NCBI GenBank assembly: GCA_963809485.1
Contig: CAWEJX010000020.1
Span: 96,001-160,000 of the forward strand
Origin: an uncultured Acidobacteriota bacterium
GTDB taxonomy: Bacteria; Acidobacteriota; UBA6911
Direction of reading: 5' to 3'
Length of the DNA stretch: 64,000 bases
The translations under genes were made by a program, and so were the position numbers. A model generated the notes under the pieces. That model saw only the letters and a list, made by a program, of their open reading frames with translations. It ran no database searches and had not been told where the DNA came from. Positions 19,751-28,841 of this stretch are shown here, piece by piece (within the stretch, counting starts at the first letter, position 1; each line of letters begins with the position of its first letter).

Positions 19751-21889
19751 ATGGAATATCTTTTCGCTATCGGATTCGTCTCTATCCTGGGGCAGGTTGT
19801 CCTGCTTCGGGAACTCAGCGTCGCTTTCTATGGGGTTGAGCTGATTTACACTCTTGCCATAGGAGTATGGCTGTTTTGGGGCGCATGCGGCGCAATGATC
19901 AGCCGGCGAACCCTCAAGCCCTCCCATACATGGATCAACCTGCTTTTTGTCGCGCTATCCATCGGCTTGCCATTCAATATTGCATTTATCCGGTCTGTCC
20001 GTCTTCTGTTCACCGGCACTCCCGGCGCCTACCTCCCGCTGCATGTTCAAATCGCCGCCATGTCGGCATCTCTATTGCCTCTTGGCATGATTCTTGGCCT
20101 GCTGTTTCAATGGGCGGCGAAGATTTATATATCGGACAACAAATCACTGGCCGCAGCCTATGGTATCGAGAGTCTTGGCGGGCTGGCCGGCGGAATTTGC
20201 TCCAGCCTTTTTCTCAGGTTCGGCTTCCAGAATTTTCACATTGCGCTGTTCTGCGCCCTGGCTGCCATTGGCGCTTCTTTCCTGAAAACCGGAGACAGGC
20301 GTCCAAAATGGCTTCAATCCCTATCGATAGCTGTTGCCGTGGCGCTGATCTGTCTTTTGTGGGGAGTCCGGGACTTGGATCACCGGATGACCTCCTGGGC
20401 TCATCCAGGCCTGCTGGAAACCCGGGATACTCCCTATTCCAGGGTTACAGTGACTCAGCTGAATGGCCAAATCGCGGTCTTCGAAAACGACGCATTGTTG
20501 TTTTCGACCGAGGATACACGCGCCGAGGAATTTGTTCACCTTGCGGCCTTGCAGCATCCAAATCCTGAGACGGTGCTGATACTTGGCGGGGGCATTGAGG
20601 GCACCCTTTATGAAGTATTGAAGCATCGTCCCCGCAGGGTGGATTTCGTGGAGCTGAATCCCGCTCTTCTGAATACGGTCACGCCTTTTCTTCCCGCGGA
20701 AATCCAGAAGTCGTTCCGGGACCGCGATGTCCGCATAATCCTGGATGATCCCCGCCATTTTCTGGACAGAGCCTTGAGCTATGACCTTATTCTCGTGGGC
20801 ATGCCCGAACCGTCCTCAGGGCAGGCAAACCGTTTCTATACCCTGGAGTTTTTCCGGCAGTGCCTTTCAAAACTGAATGCTCAGGGCATCCTCGCATTCA
20901 GTATGCAGGCATCGGAGAACGTTTGGACGCCTCCGCTCAAGCGACGGATGGTCAGCATATATCGGGCCGCAAAAATGGCCTTTCCCGACGTTGCGATTAT
21001 CCCGGGCGTGACAAATGTTTTTATAGGCTCCAAAGACCGCCTGGCCACGGATCCCTCGGGCCTTATTGCCAGGCTAAAAACGCGGGGAATCCGGGCCAAA
21101 CTCATATCCGCTCCTTACATTCGATACCGGTATACCAATGACCGATATTCGGCAGCCGCAAGGATCCTTGAGGCTGAAACAGCGCCCGTCAATACGGATT
21201 CGCGGCCGATCTGCTACCAGTACACTCTCATGATCTGGCTCTCAAAATTTCTCCCTTCCGCCAAATCCTGGGACCTGTCCGTCTTTGAACCGGGGGACAA
21301 ACTCACCACAGTTTTGGGTGTTTTCCTGGCGCTCAGCCTGGTTGCGCTAATGCTGAGCCGTTCACCGTGGACCGTCCGCCGCGCCTGCCTGGCCGGCATA
21401 GCCGGATTTGCAGGCATGTCGTTGGAGACGGTTCTGATGCTCCATTTTCAGACAAAGAACGGGATCCTCTACCAGGATGTGGGAATCCTCCTGACGGGCT
21501 TTATGGCGGGTCTTGCCCTTGGAGCCCTTATCGTTGGAAGAACCAGCCCGCGAAATTATAGGGCGCTGGGCATCGTCGTGCTCGGCGGTTTCCTGGCGCT
21601 GAGCGCCGGCATCGGCTGGAGAATCGCATCCGGCGCCGATATGGGTATGGTCGAGATTCTGGCGATCCTGGCTCTGGCAGGATTCCTCGTGGCAGGAATT
21701 TTCGCCTATTCCAGCCTCCAGGGTGCGGGAGACCAGAGAAAAGCAGTCACCGGATTATATTCCTCCGATCTGCTGGGCGGTTGCCTGGGATCGCTTGTGG
21801 CCAGCCTGTTCCTGGCGCCCATGGCCGGCCTGGCGATGACGGCTAATCTGCTGGTTCCGTTGGCCATAGTCTCAGCCCTGCTTCTGTAG
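19751..21889 (+). CDS. Multi-pass membrane protein with spermidine-synthase-like class I SAM-binding domain
   Basis: Hydrophobic N- and C-terminal bundles around TPYSRV, LILGGG, VELNP and NRFYTLEFF. Confidence 0.8.
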   Translation: MEYLFAIGFVSILGQVVLLRELSVAFYGVELIYTLAIGVWLFWGACGAMISRRTLKPSHTWINLLFVALSIGLPFNIAFIRSVRLLFTGTPGAYLPLHVQIAAMSASLLPLGMILGLLFQWAAKIYISDNKSLAAAYGIESLGGLAGGICSSLFLRFGFQNFHIALFCALAAIGASFLKTGDRRPKWLQSLSIAVAVALICLLWGVRDLDHRMTSWAHPGLLETRDTPYSRVTVTQLNGQIAVFENDALLFSTEDTRAEEFVHLAALQHPNPETVLILGGGIEGTLYEVLKHRPRRVDFVELNPALLNTVTPFLPAEIQKSFRDRDVRIILDDPRHFLDRALSYDLILVGMPEPSSGQANRFYTLEFFRQCLSKLNAQGILAFSMQASENVWTPPLKRRMVSIYRAAKMAFPDVAIIPGVTNVFIGSKDRLATDPSGLIARLKTRGIRAKLISAPYIRYRYTNDRYSAAARILEAETAPVNTDSRPICYQYTLMIWLSKFLPSAKSWDLSVFEPGDKLTTVLGVFLALSLVALMLSRSPWTVRRACLAGIAGFAGMSLETVLMLHFQTKNGILYQDVGILLTGFMAGLALGALIVGRTSPRNYRALGIVVLGGFLALSAGIGWRIASGADMGMVEILAILALAGFLVAGIFAYSSLQGAGDQRKAVTGLYSSDLLGGCLGSLVASLFLAPMAGLAMTANLLVPLAIVSALLL

Positions 21890-22043
21890 GCTGCACAATC
21901 CCTGTACTTGAGTGTGAAAGCGCCCTGCTGATACAGTAGGACCGATCGTCAGGCAGAATGCAAAATTGTGCGATGCTTTGGATCCGATAGACTTGGGCAC
22001 TAACACAACATGCCTGCAAGTTTCGAAGCCTCAGAGACGAAAA

Positions 22044-22445
22044 GTTAGATACCTCCGGCAGAGCCGGAGGCTTGAAAGATTTGAACCGCTCAAAGCGGTT
22101 GGACTAGTTACCCCGGTCTTGAACGCTGACTTACGCGGGCAACAGCCGATGAGGCTCTTCCGATCCCCGCAGGGGCCAGCGCTCCGCGTTGGACAGTTTT
22201 CTGCGGCGGCACTGTGGCAAGCGCCGTGAGGCAAGGAGATGAAGGGTATGAGAAAGCGGGCGTTTGCCAAAGTGCCACCGCAGAAAACTCCATCGGAAGC
22301 GCCTCATCGGCTTTTGCTCGCCGACGCTCGCCGAACAAATCGGCGTTTGTCAGCGCTTTTATCAGCGTTTCTCAGCGTTTCAAAATACGGAGCTGTCAAA
22401 CTCTTTGAGTCCCCCGGCAGAGCCGGGGGTTTACCAATGTAATTA
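22044..22445 (-). mobile_element. Non-autonomous IS200/IS605-like element (family A), copy 1, longest (402 bp)
   Basis: End hairpins ACCTCCGGCAGAGCCGGAGG and CCCCCGGCAGAGCCGGGGG, palindrome AACCGCTCAAAGCGGTT, no transposase ORF, nested internal inverted repeats. Confidence 0.75.
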
Positions 22446-22462
22446 CACGAATCCCAAAAGTG

Positions 22463-23476
22463 ATGGCCAGGATGTTTAGCCCTCAGGAACCATCCAAAAG
22501 TGTTCTTGTAACAGGAGGCACCGGGTTCGTTGGCGCCAACCTGGTTGAAGCACTTCTGCACAGAGGCTATTCCGTTACCTGTCTCGTGCGCGACTCGATC
22601 AAGGCCGGGGATATCCGGAAACAGCCGGTGAAGATCATCACCGGCAGCCTGGATGATACTGATGCGCTGCGCAAGGCTGCGGTGGGCGTGCACATGGCTT
22701 TCCATATAGCGGGAGCAATCAAGGCATCGGATCGAGAAGGCTATTTGAAAGTCAATCAATTCGGGACCCGCCGCCTTTTAGAGGCTATTGCCGAGGTCAA
22801 TCCCAATTTAGGCCGTTTTGTCCACATGAGCAGCCTGGCGGCGGCAGGTCCCAGCGAGGACAACCGCATGCTTACCGAAAAGGATCCGCCCAATCCGGTA
22901 TCCTGGTACGGGGAGAGCAAGCTTCGATCCGAGCAGGAAGTCCTGCAGTATGCCGGAGCATTTCCTACCACCATATTGCGTCCCTCGGCCGTTTACGGTC
23001 CGGGTGATAGAGAGACTCTGCTGATTTTCCGAATGATCAAGCGGGGCTGTCTCTTCACTCCAGGACGATTTGTGCGCCGCTTCAGCCTGGTCCATGTGAA
23101 AGATCTGGTTAATGCCGTTATACAGGCAGGTGAGCGCGACACGCCGTCAGGTGAAATTTACTATATTTCCCGCCCGGAGGTTTTTACCTGGGATGATGTG
23201 GGCTGCGAGGCCGCCCGATCGATGGGAAAACGCTATTGCCGGATTTCTTTTCCAAAGTGGCTGGCCCGGGCAGCCGGTCTTGCAGGCGACCTGTATGCAT
23301 TCACTTCCGGCCGGCCCGTATCCATAAACAGCCAGAAAGTGACCGAACTGCTTCAGCCATCATGGATTTGCGACTCTTCCAAGGCACGCGCGGACCTGGG
23401 ATTCAATCCGGGCATAGGACTTGAAGACGGAATTCGTGACACTATCCTCTGGTATAGGGCGCAGGGCTGGCTTTAG
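22463..23476 (+). CDS. NAD-dependent epimerase/dehydratase (extended SDR), candidate ceramide/3-ketosphinganine reductase
   Basis: VTGGTGFVG, SSLAA, YGESK (YxxxK), RPSAVYGP. Role inferred from gene context. Confidence 0.88.
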   Translation: MARMFSPQEPSKSVLVTGGTGFVGANLVEALLHRGYSVTCLVRDSIKAGDIRKQPVKIITGSLDDTDALRKAAVGVHMAFHIAGAIKASDREGYLKVNQFGTRRLLEAIAEVNPNLGRFVHMSSLAAAGPSEDNRMLTEKDPPNPVSWYGESKLRSEQEVLQYAGAFPTTILRPSAVYGPGDRETLLIFRMIKRGCLFTPGRFVRRFSLVHVKDLVNAVIQAGERDTPSGEIYYISRPEVFTWDDVGCEAARSMGKRYCRISFPKWLARAAGLAGDLYAFTSGRPVSINSQKVTELLQPSWICDSSKARADLGFNPGIGLEDGIRDTILWYRAQGWL

Positions 23477-23911
23477 AGGCCGTCAGACTCAGGCAACGTC
23501 CGAGGCCTGATGGCAGACCGCTCCACGCGGTTGGACAAGTTCCATTCGCTCGAACCGCTGACGTACGAAGATTCTGGAGGCGTCATACTCCGCCGGTACT
23601 CCACACCGGTAAAGCCGAGGGGGTATCGATGGCTTCAAACAGCTGGCGCAATCCCTAAGTCTGTGTGTTCTCATTTGGCAGCAGCCGTCGCCAACGCTGC
23701 GTTGGTTCGCCTCCCCGGGAAAATCCGTTGAAACTGCAGCGGAAAAAAGCTATGTTCGAATAATTAAACATGGATTGTATTCAGGCAGCAAAAAGGGGCG
23801 TGGTTTTGCCGGGCACTCTCGATCGCCAAGTGCCCGGATCTGCGAAACGCGATATTGCCGTTCGGAATTTGCCGGTGGCGAGGCAATGCGTTTCCGTTTT
23901 GTGAGGCGGAT

Positions 23912-25636
23912 ATGGCAGAAACGCTCAACGCTGCGCACAATGCGGCTGCGTCTGTAACTCATAAAGGTTTTACGTTCCTTGACAACGACCTTAATCCCAG
24001 GTATCGATCGTTCGCCGAAGTCTGCAAAGAATCCCGGAGAATGGGAGCGAGGCTGCAGGCGTTAGGCATTTCCAAAGGGGATCGTCTCGCTCTGGTCCTG
24101 TCGGCGCCGGAGGATTTCGTTCTTTCTTTCCTGGGCACCATCAGCGCCGGCGCCATGCCTGTTCCTCTATACCCTCCCCTGGCACTGACGAGACTGGACA
24201 ATTACATTGAGCGCGCGGAGGGAATCCTGCGCGTTTCCGGAGCAAGAGCGCTTCTGACATCAAGAGAACTCATACCGGTCCTCAGTCCGCTGCTGTCCCG
24301 CGCTCCCACATTGAATAGCATTCTGGGAATCGATTCTCTTTATGGAATGCCCTTCGATCTTGCGCTGAAAGAAACTGAAGCGCATGCCGAGGAGCCCTGT
24401 TTTCTCCAGTTTACTTCCGGTTCCACGTCGGCCCCGAGGGGCGTCATTGTCACTCACCGGAACCTCATGGCCAACGCAAAAGCCATCATCGATAGCCTCG
24501 AAGTCGATCCCGATCACGACAGCGCTGTGAGCTGGCTACCTCTTTATCACGATATGGGCCTGATCGGATTCGTAATTGCGTCGCTGGTTGCGCAGGTGCC
24601 GGTGGTGTTTATTCCCACAATCGCATTCGTGAAACATCCGGGGATCTGGATGGAAACGGTCCATAAATACAGGGCAACCGTTACTTTCGGCCCGAATTTC
24701 GCCTTCGATCTCGCTGCCAGGCGAGCCCCGAAAAATTCCCGGGCTTTGCTGGACTTGTCCTGCTTGCGCATTCTGGGATGCGGTGCGGAGCCGATAAATC
24801 CCAGGACAATGGATTGTTTTCTTTCCGCTTTCGCTCAATGTGGGCTCCGTGAGGATGCTCTCATGCCCTGCTACGGGATGGCTGAAGCCACCCTTGCGAT
24901 CGCGTTCAACCGCCGGGGATGGACCGGGCGGAAGCTGGTCATCGACCGCCACGTTTACGAAACACAAAACGTGGCGCGTGTCCTCGGCGACGAGGCAAAT
25001 ACAGGAGACGCGCGAAAAAGGTTTGAACTGGTCTCCTGCGGATGGACTTTTGACGGCCATGAAATCAGGATTTTTGACGAGGATGGCAAGCCTCTCCCGG
25101 ATGGCCATGTCGGTGAGATCGTTTTCAAAGGTCCCAGTGTCACTCCCGGGTACTTCGAAAATCCGGAAGCCACGCACCAGCTGTTGAAGGACGGATGGCT
25201 TCATACCGGCGACCTGGGATTCATCTTGCAGGGCGAGCTTTATATAACAGGGAGACAAAAAGATATTGTTATTATCAATGGCCGGAATTACCCGCCCCAG
25301 GCCATCGAATGGGTTGTCGAAGAGATTGCCGGGATTCGTAAGGGTAGCGTCGTGGCTTTTTCCATCGACGGGGATGCGACGGAGAAACTTATAGTTATCG
25401 CAGAGACTACCATGACCGACAATGCGGCGCTGGCACAGGCTGTGAGCGAGCGGATCCGTTCAGCGTTAGGGCTGTCGGTGGACAAGGTCGTTCTGGTTGC
25501 GCGCGGATCGGTCCCCAAGACATCCAGCGGCAAGCTGCAGCGCAGGCATACCAAGGCCTTGTTCGAGGAAGGCCTTCTCGGGCCGTCCGGCGCTCAACCG
25601 GACAACACGACCGGGGAAAATCTTGCTCTCGGCTGA
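23912..25636 (+). CDS. Fatty acyl-AMP ligase / acyl-ACP synthetase
   Basis: FLQFTSGSTSAPRGV, SWLPLYHDMGLIG, CYGMAEATL, TGDLG, PKTSSGKLQR. Confidence 0.92.
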   Translation: MAETLNAAHNAAASVTHKGFTFLDNDLNPRYRSFAEVCKESRRMGARLQALGISKGDRLALVLSAPEDFVLSFLGTISAGAMPVPLYPPLALTRLDNYIERAEGILRVSGARALLTSRELIPVLSPLLSRAPTLNSILGIDSLYGMPFDLALKETEAHAEEPCFLQFTSGSTSAPRGVIVTHRNLMANAKAIIDSLEVDPDHDSAVSWLPLYHDMGLIGFVIASLVAQVPVVFIPTIAFVKHPGIWMETVHKYRATVTFGPNFAFDLAARRAPKNSRALLDLSCLRILGCGAEPINPRTMDCFLSAFAQCGLREDALMPCYGMAEATLAIAFNRRGWTGRKLVIDRHVYETQNVARVLGDEANTGDARKRFELVSCGWTFDGHEIRIFDEDGKPLPDGHVGEIVFKGPSVTPGYFENPEATHQLLKDGWLHTGDLGFILQGELYITGRQKDIVIINGRNYPPQAIEWVVEEIAGIRKGSVVAFSIDGDATEKLIVIAETTMTDNAALAQAVSERIRSALGLSVDKVVLVARGSVPKTSSGKLQRRHTKALFEEGLLGPSGAQPDNTTGENLALG

Positions 25637-25716
25637 TTTTGAAATGCCGCATCCGCATCGATGATCTGATATATTGCCGCCAAACAGATATGCGTCGGGG
25701 GAGTTTGGTTTAGCCG

Positions 25717-27291
25717 ATGGAAATAGAAATGCAGAGTACGGATCGGAGCCTCATTCGCGCGATCAAGTCCGCGGTCTATGACGTGAGTCTGAAAGAACTC
25801 GGGGACATCAGCCCCGCGACGCGTATTTCCGAGCTTGGCCTGGATTCGGTCGCGATGATGGAGGTTATCGGGATTTTGGAGGAGAGATACTCCACACGCA
25901 TCCGCGATGAAGAAGTATCGATGTTAAACAATGTCGGAGATCTGCTGATTCTGATGCGCAGCCGCATCGCTCCCGGTTCGCCAGTTCAGGATACGGTACC
26001 CTTTCCCCACCGGAGTGTGGCGACAAAAGGCTCTCCGCCCCAGAATACCGAGTTCTGGGACATCGCGGCATTCCCTGAAGTTCGAAAGCTCGAGCAGCGG
26101 ATCCGGGATCTCGGGCAGAGCGGTTTGAGAAATCCCTATTTCCAGGTTCATGATGGGACGGCGGGAAACCGCAGCAGCGTCGGCGGTGTCGAAATGCTGA
26201 ATTTCTCAAGCTACAACTATTTGGGATTTTCCGGCCACCCGGAAGTGATTGCCGCCGCCAAGCAAGCTATCGATCGATACGGAACGTCCGTTTCCGCCAG
26301 CCGTCTCGTCTCGGGAGAGCGGCTGATTCACCGGGAATTGGAGGACGGCCTCGCCCGGCATATTGGAGTCGAAGCTGCGGTCGTATTCGTCAGCGGCCAT
26401 GCGACCAATGTCACAACCATAGGTCACCTGTTCGATCAGAGCGACCTGATCCTCCATGATTCCCTGTGCCACGACAGCATCCTTCAGGGGATATATCTTT
26501 CCGGTGCAAAACGGCGGCCGTTTCCCCATGCCGATCTCTCCGACCTCGAAAAAATCCTTACGGAAGTTCGCCATCTCTATCGCCGAACACTTCTATGCAC
26601 GGAAGGGCTTTTCTCCATGGACGGCGACATCTGCGATCTGCCGCGCCTTATAGAGCTCAAAAAGCGCTTCCGGTGCAACCTCATCGTGGACGAGGCCCAT
26701 TCCATGGGCGTGCTGGGGCCCTCCGGGCGCGGAATTGCCCATCATTTTCCGGGGATCGATCCCCGGGATGTCGATCTCTGGATGGGCACCCTTTCGAAGT
26801 CTTTTGCCAGCTGCGGAGGCTATATAGCAGGCGCCGGGCCGATGGTGAATTATCTGAAGTTCACGGCGCCCGGCTTTTTATACTCCGTGGGCATGTCGCC
26901 GCCCAATGCCGCAGCGGCGCTGAAATCGCTGGAGCTCATGCAGCGCCATCCGGAAATCGTGGAGCGTCTCCGACAGCGCTCAAAGCTGTTCCTGGAGCTG
27001 GCGCGCAGCAAAGGAATCAACACCGGGTTTTCCGTCGGCGCCGCGGTCATTCCCGCAATTATCGGCAATTCGGAACACTGCATGCGGCTGAGCCAGGCCC
27101 TGGCGGAACGGCGCATTAACGCGCAACCCATCGTTCATCCGGCTGTCGAAGAGAATGCCGCCAGGCTGCGCTTTTTCATCAGCGCCACTCATTCCGAAGA
27201 TGAGATTCGTCACACGGTCGAGGTGCTGGCGGAAGAGCTCGCGGAAATCGGGCCCCTTTCCAATCGGAACTGCGGGGATGGCGGCCTTTGA
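25717..27291 (+). CDS. ACP fused to PLP-dependent alpha-oxoamine synthase (serine palmitoyltransferase-like)
   Basis: N-terminal LGLDSV phosphopantetheine site. SYNYLG, GTSVSASR, FSMDGD, DEAH and GTLSK (PLP Lys). Confidence 0.88.
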   Translation: MEIEMQSTDRSLIRAIKSAVYDVSLKELGDISPATRISELGLDSVAMMEVIGILEERYSTRIRDEEVSMLNNVGDLLILMRSRIAPGSPVQDTVPFPHRSVATKGSPPQNTEFWDIAAFPEVRKLEQRIRDLGQSGLRNPYFQVHDGTAGNRSSVGGVEMLNFSSYNYLGFSGHPEVIAAAKQAIDRYGTSVSASRLVSGERLIHRELEDGLARHIGVEAAVVFVSGHATNVTTIGHLFDQSDLILHDSLCHDSILQGIYLSGAKRRPFPHADLSDLEKILTEVRHLYRRTLLCTEGLFSMDGDICDLPRLIELKKRFRCNLIVDEAHSMGVLGPSGRGIAHHFPGIDPRDVDLWMGTLSKSFASCGGYIAGAGPMVNYLKFTAPGFLYSVGMSPPNAAAALKSLELMQRHPEIVERLRQRSKLFLELARSKGINTGFSVGAAVIPAIIGNSEHCMRLSQALAERRINAQPIVHPAVEENAARLRFFISATHSEDEIRHTVEVLAEELAEIGPLSNRNCGDGGL

Positions 27292-27311
27292 AGGCCTGGA
27301 AATTTGAGGGT

Positions 27312-28433
27312 TCAAAGGTCCTTTCGATAAATCCTGTAACGCTTGTATATACGGGCGCCAAACAGCCGCATGCTCCGGTTAATCAGCTCATTGTTTTCCA
27401 GCGTCCAGGAGAACTCACAGGTGCGATACCCCGCCTCCACGCCGCGGCGAAATGACTCATAGTATAGCGCAGCGCCCAACCCGCTGAAGTTTTGAAGCCT
27501 TTTGGCTATCCCGAGAGCCAGCACACGAACCTGGCGGATACGGCGGGCATGGTAGACCAACAGAGGAAGGCCGATCGGGAACAGGCGGCCGTGGATCTTC
27601 TTCAGGGCCTGGTTGAAATCAGGGATCGCAAGCGAGAATCCGGCTGGTTCGCCGTCTTTTTCTGCAATAAGAACGACGCGCGGATCCACAATGGTCTTCA
27701 GGTCCCTGGCCAGATGGCTGAACTCCGCATCCGTCATCGGGACGAATCCCCAATTGTTACTCCACGCATCGTTGTAGATCCCCTTGATTATGTCGACCTC
27801 GTCCCAGAACCTGTCTATGCGAACCGTGCGGATCTGGACGCCTTCATCCTTCAGAACCTTCTGCCCCACCCGGACGATTTTGGGATTCAGACCGCTTTCC
27901 GTCAGCATCCACCAGGCATAGAGATCCATGGCTTTTTCGAAGCCGGCGGCTTCGAGCAATCCGGCGTAATAGAAGGGATTGTATGCCATCATGATGCTCG
28001 GGGAGGAGTCAAACCCTTCGACAAGAAGCCCGGCGGTTTCATTGGTGGAATAGGACATCGGCCCGCGCAACTCCGTCATCCCACGGTCCCGCGCCCACTG
28101 GGCGGTGCAGTCCAGGAGCGCGCCGGCGACTTCCCTGTCATGAATCGACTCAAAAAATCCGAAAAAGGCGGTCCGTTCGTTGTGAAAAAGATTGTGGTTG
28201 CGGTTCAGGATGGCGGCAATGCGGCCCACACATTCGCCCCTGCGTTGTGCAAGAAAAAAGTCAGCCGTGGAATGGGCAAAAAAGGGATGCCTCGACCGGT
28301 CGAGCAGTTTCTTCGTTTCACCGGCCAACGGCGCAACCCAGAACGGATCCCCACGGTAGATTTCCCGCGGGAGATTCATGAAACGGCGCAAATCACGGCC
28401 ATTCTCAACCGGCAGTATCTCGACTGGCTCCAA
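27312..28433 (-). CDS. GNAT-fold N-acyltransferase, bacterial ceramide synthase (bCerS)-like
   Basis: DPFWVAPL, HPFF, VGRIAA, FFGFFE, GLLVEGFD, YNPFYY, NWGFVP, SWTLENN. TTG start after GGGGGAG. Confidence 0.8.
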   Translation of the reverse strand: MEPVEILPVENGRDLRRFMNLPREIYRGDPFWVAPLAGETKKLLDRSRHPFFAHSTADFFLAQRRGECVGRIAAILNRNHNLFHNERTAFFGFFESIHDREVAGALLDCTAQWARDRGMTELRGPMSYSTNETAGLLVEGFDSSPSIMMAYNPFYYAGLLEAAGFEKAMDLYAWWMLTESGLNPKIVRVGQKVLKDEGVQIRTVRIDRFWDEVDIIKGIYNDAWSNNWGFVPMTDAEFSHLARDLKTIVDPRVVLIAEKDGEPAGFSLAIPDFNQALKKIHGRLFPIGLPLLVYHARRIRQVRVLALGIAKRLQNFSGLGAALYYESFRRGVEAGYRTCEFSWTLENNELINRSMRLFGARIYKRYRIYRKDL

Positions 28434-28578
28434 CGCTCCCCCCTGAATATTGCATACAGCAGAGATCCGTCTGCGCATCGGTGACGGCCAATCTGCTGAT
28501 GCCCGGGCACACACTCCGTATACCGGACCATGATATGATGTTTTTATCGGTCAAGTACAACGTTTCCAGTTCTGCTGT

Positions 28579-28817
28579 GTCAGGTACCTCCGGCAAAGCC
28601 GGAGGCTTGAAAGATTGGAACCGCTCAAAGCGGTTGGAGGAGTTACGCCGGTCTTGAACGCTGACTTACGCGGGCAAAAGCCGACCCTAGCCGAACAAAT
28701 CGGCGTTTCTCAGCGCGTTTGTCAGCGCTTTTATCAGCGTTTCTCAGCGTTTCAAAATACGGAGCTGTCAAACTCTTTGAGTCCCCCGGCAGAGCCGGGG
28801 ATTTACCAATGTAATCA
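28579..28817 (-). mobile_element. Family A element, copy 2 (239 bp)
   Basis: Near-identical ends to copy 1, central hairpin deleted, one extra GCGTTTCTCAGC-type unit. Confidence 0.75.
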
Positions 28818-28841
28818 ACATTAATTCCTGAGGAGGGCGAT

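Noticed and set aside
28615-28824. Recurrent short ORFs (MEPLKAVG..., also 21966, 29374, 35958) as a small protein family
   Set aside because: They are translations of the repeat element, with variable frames and ends and no RBS.
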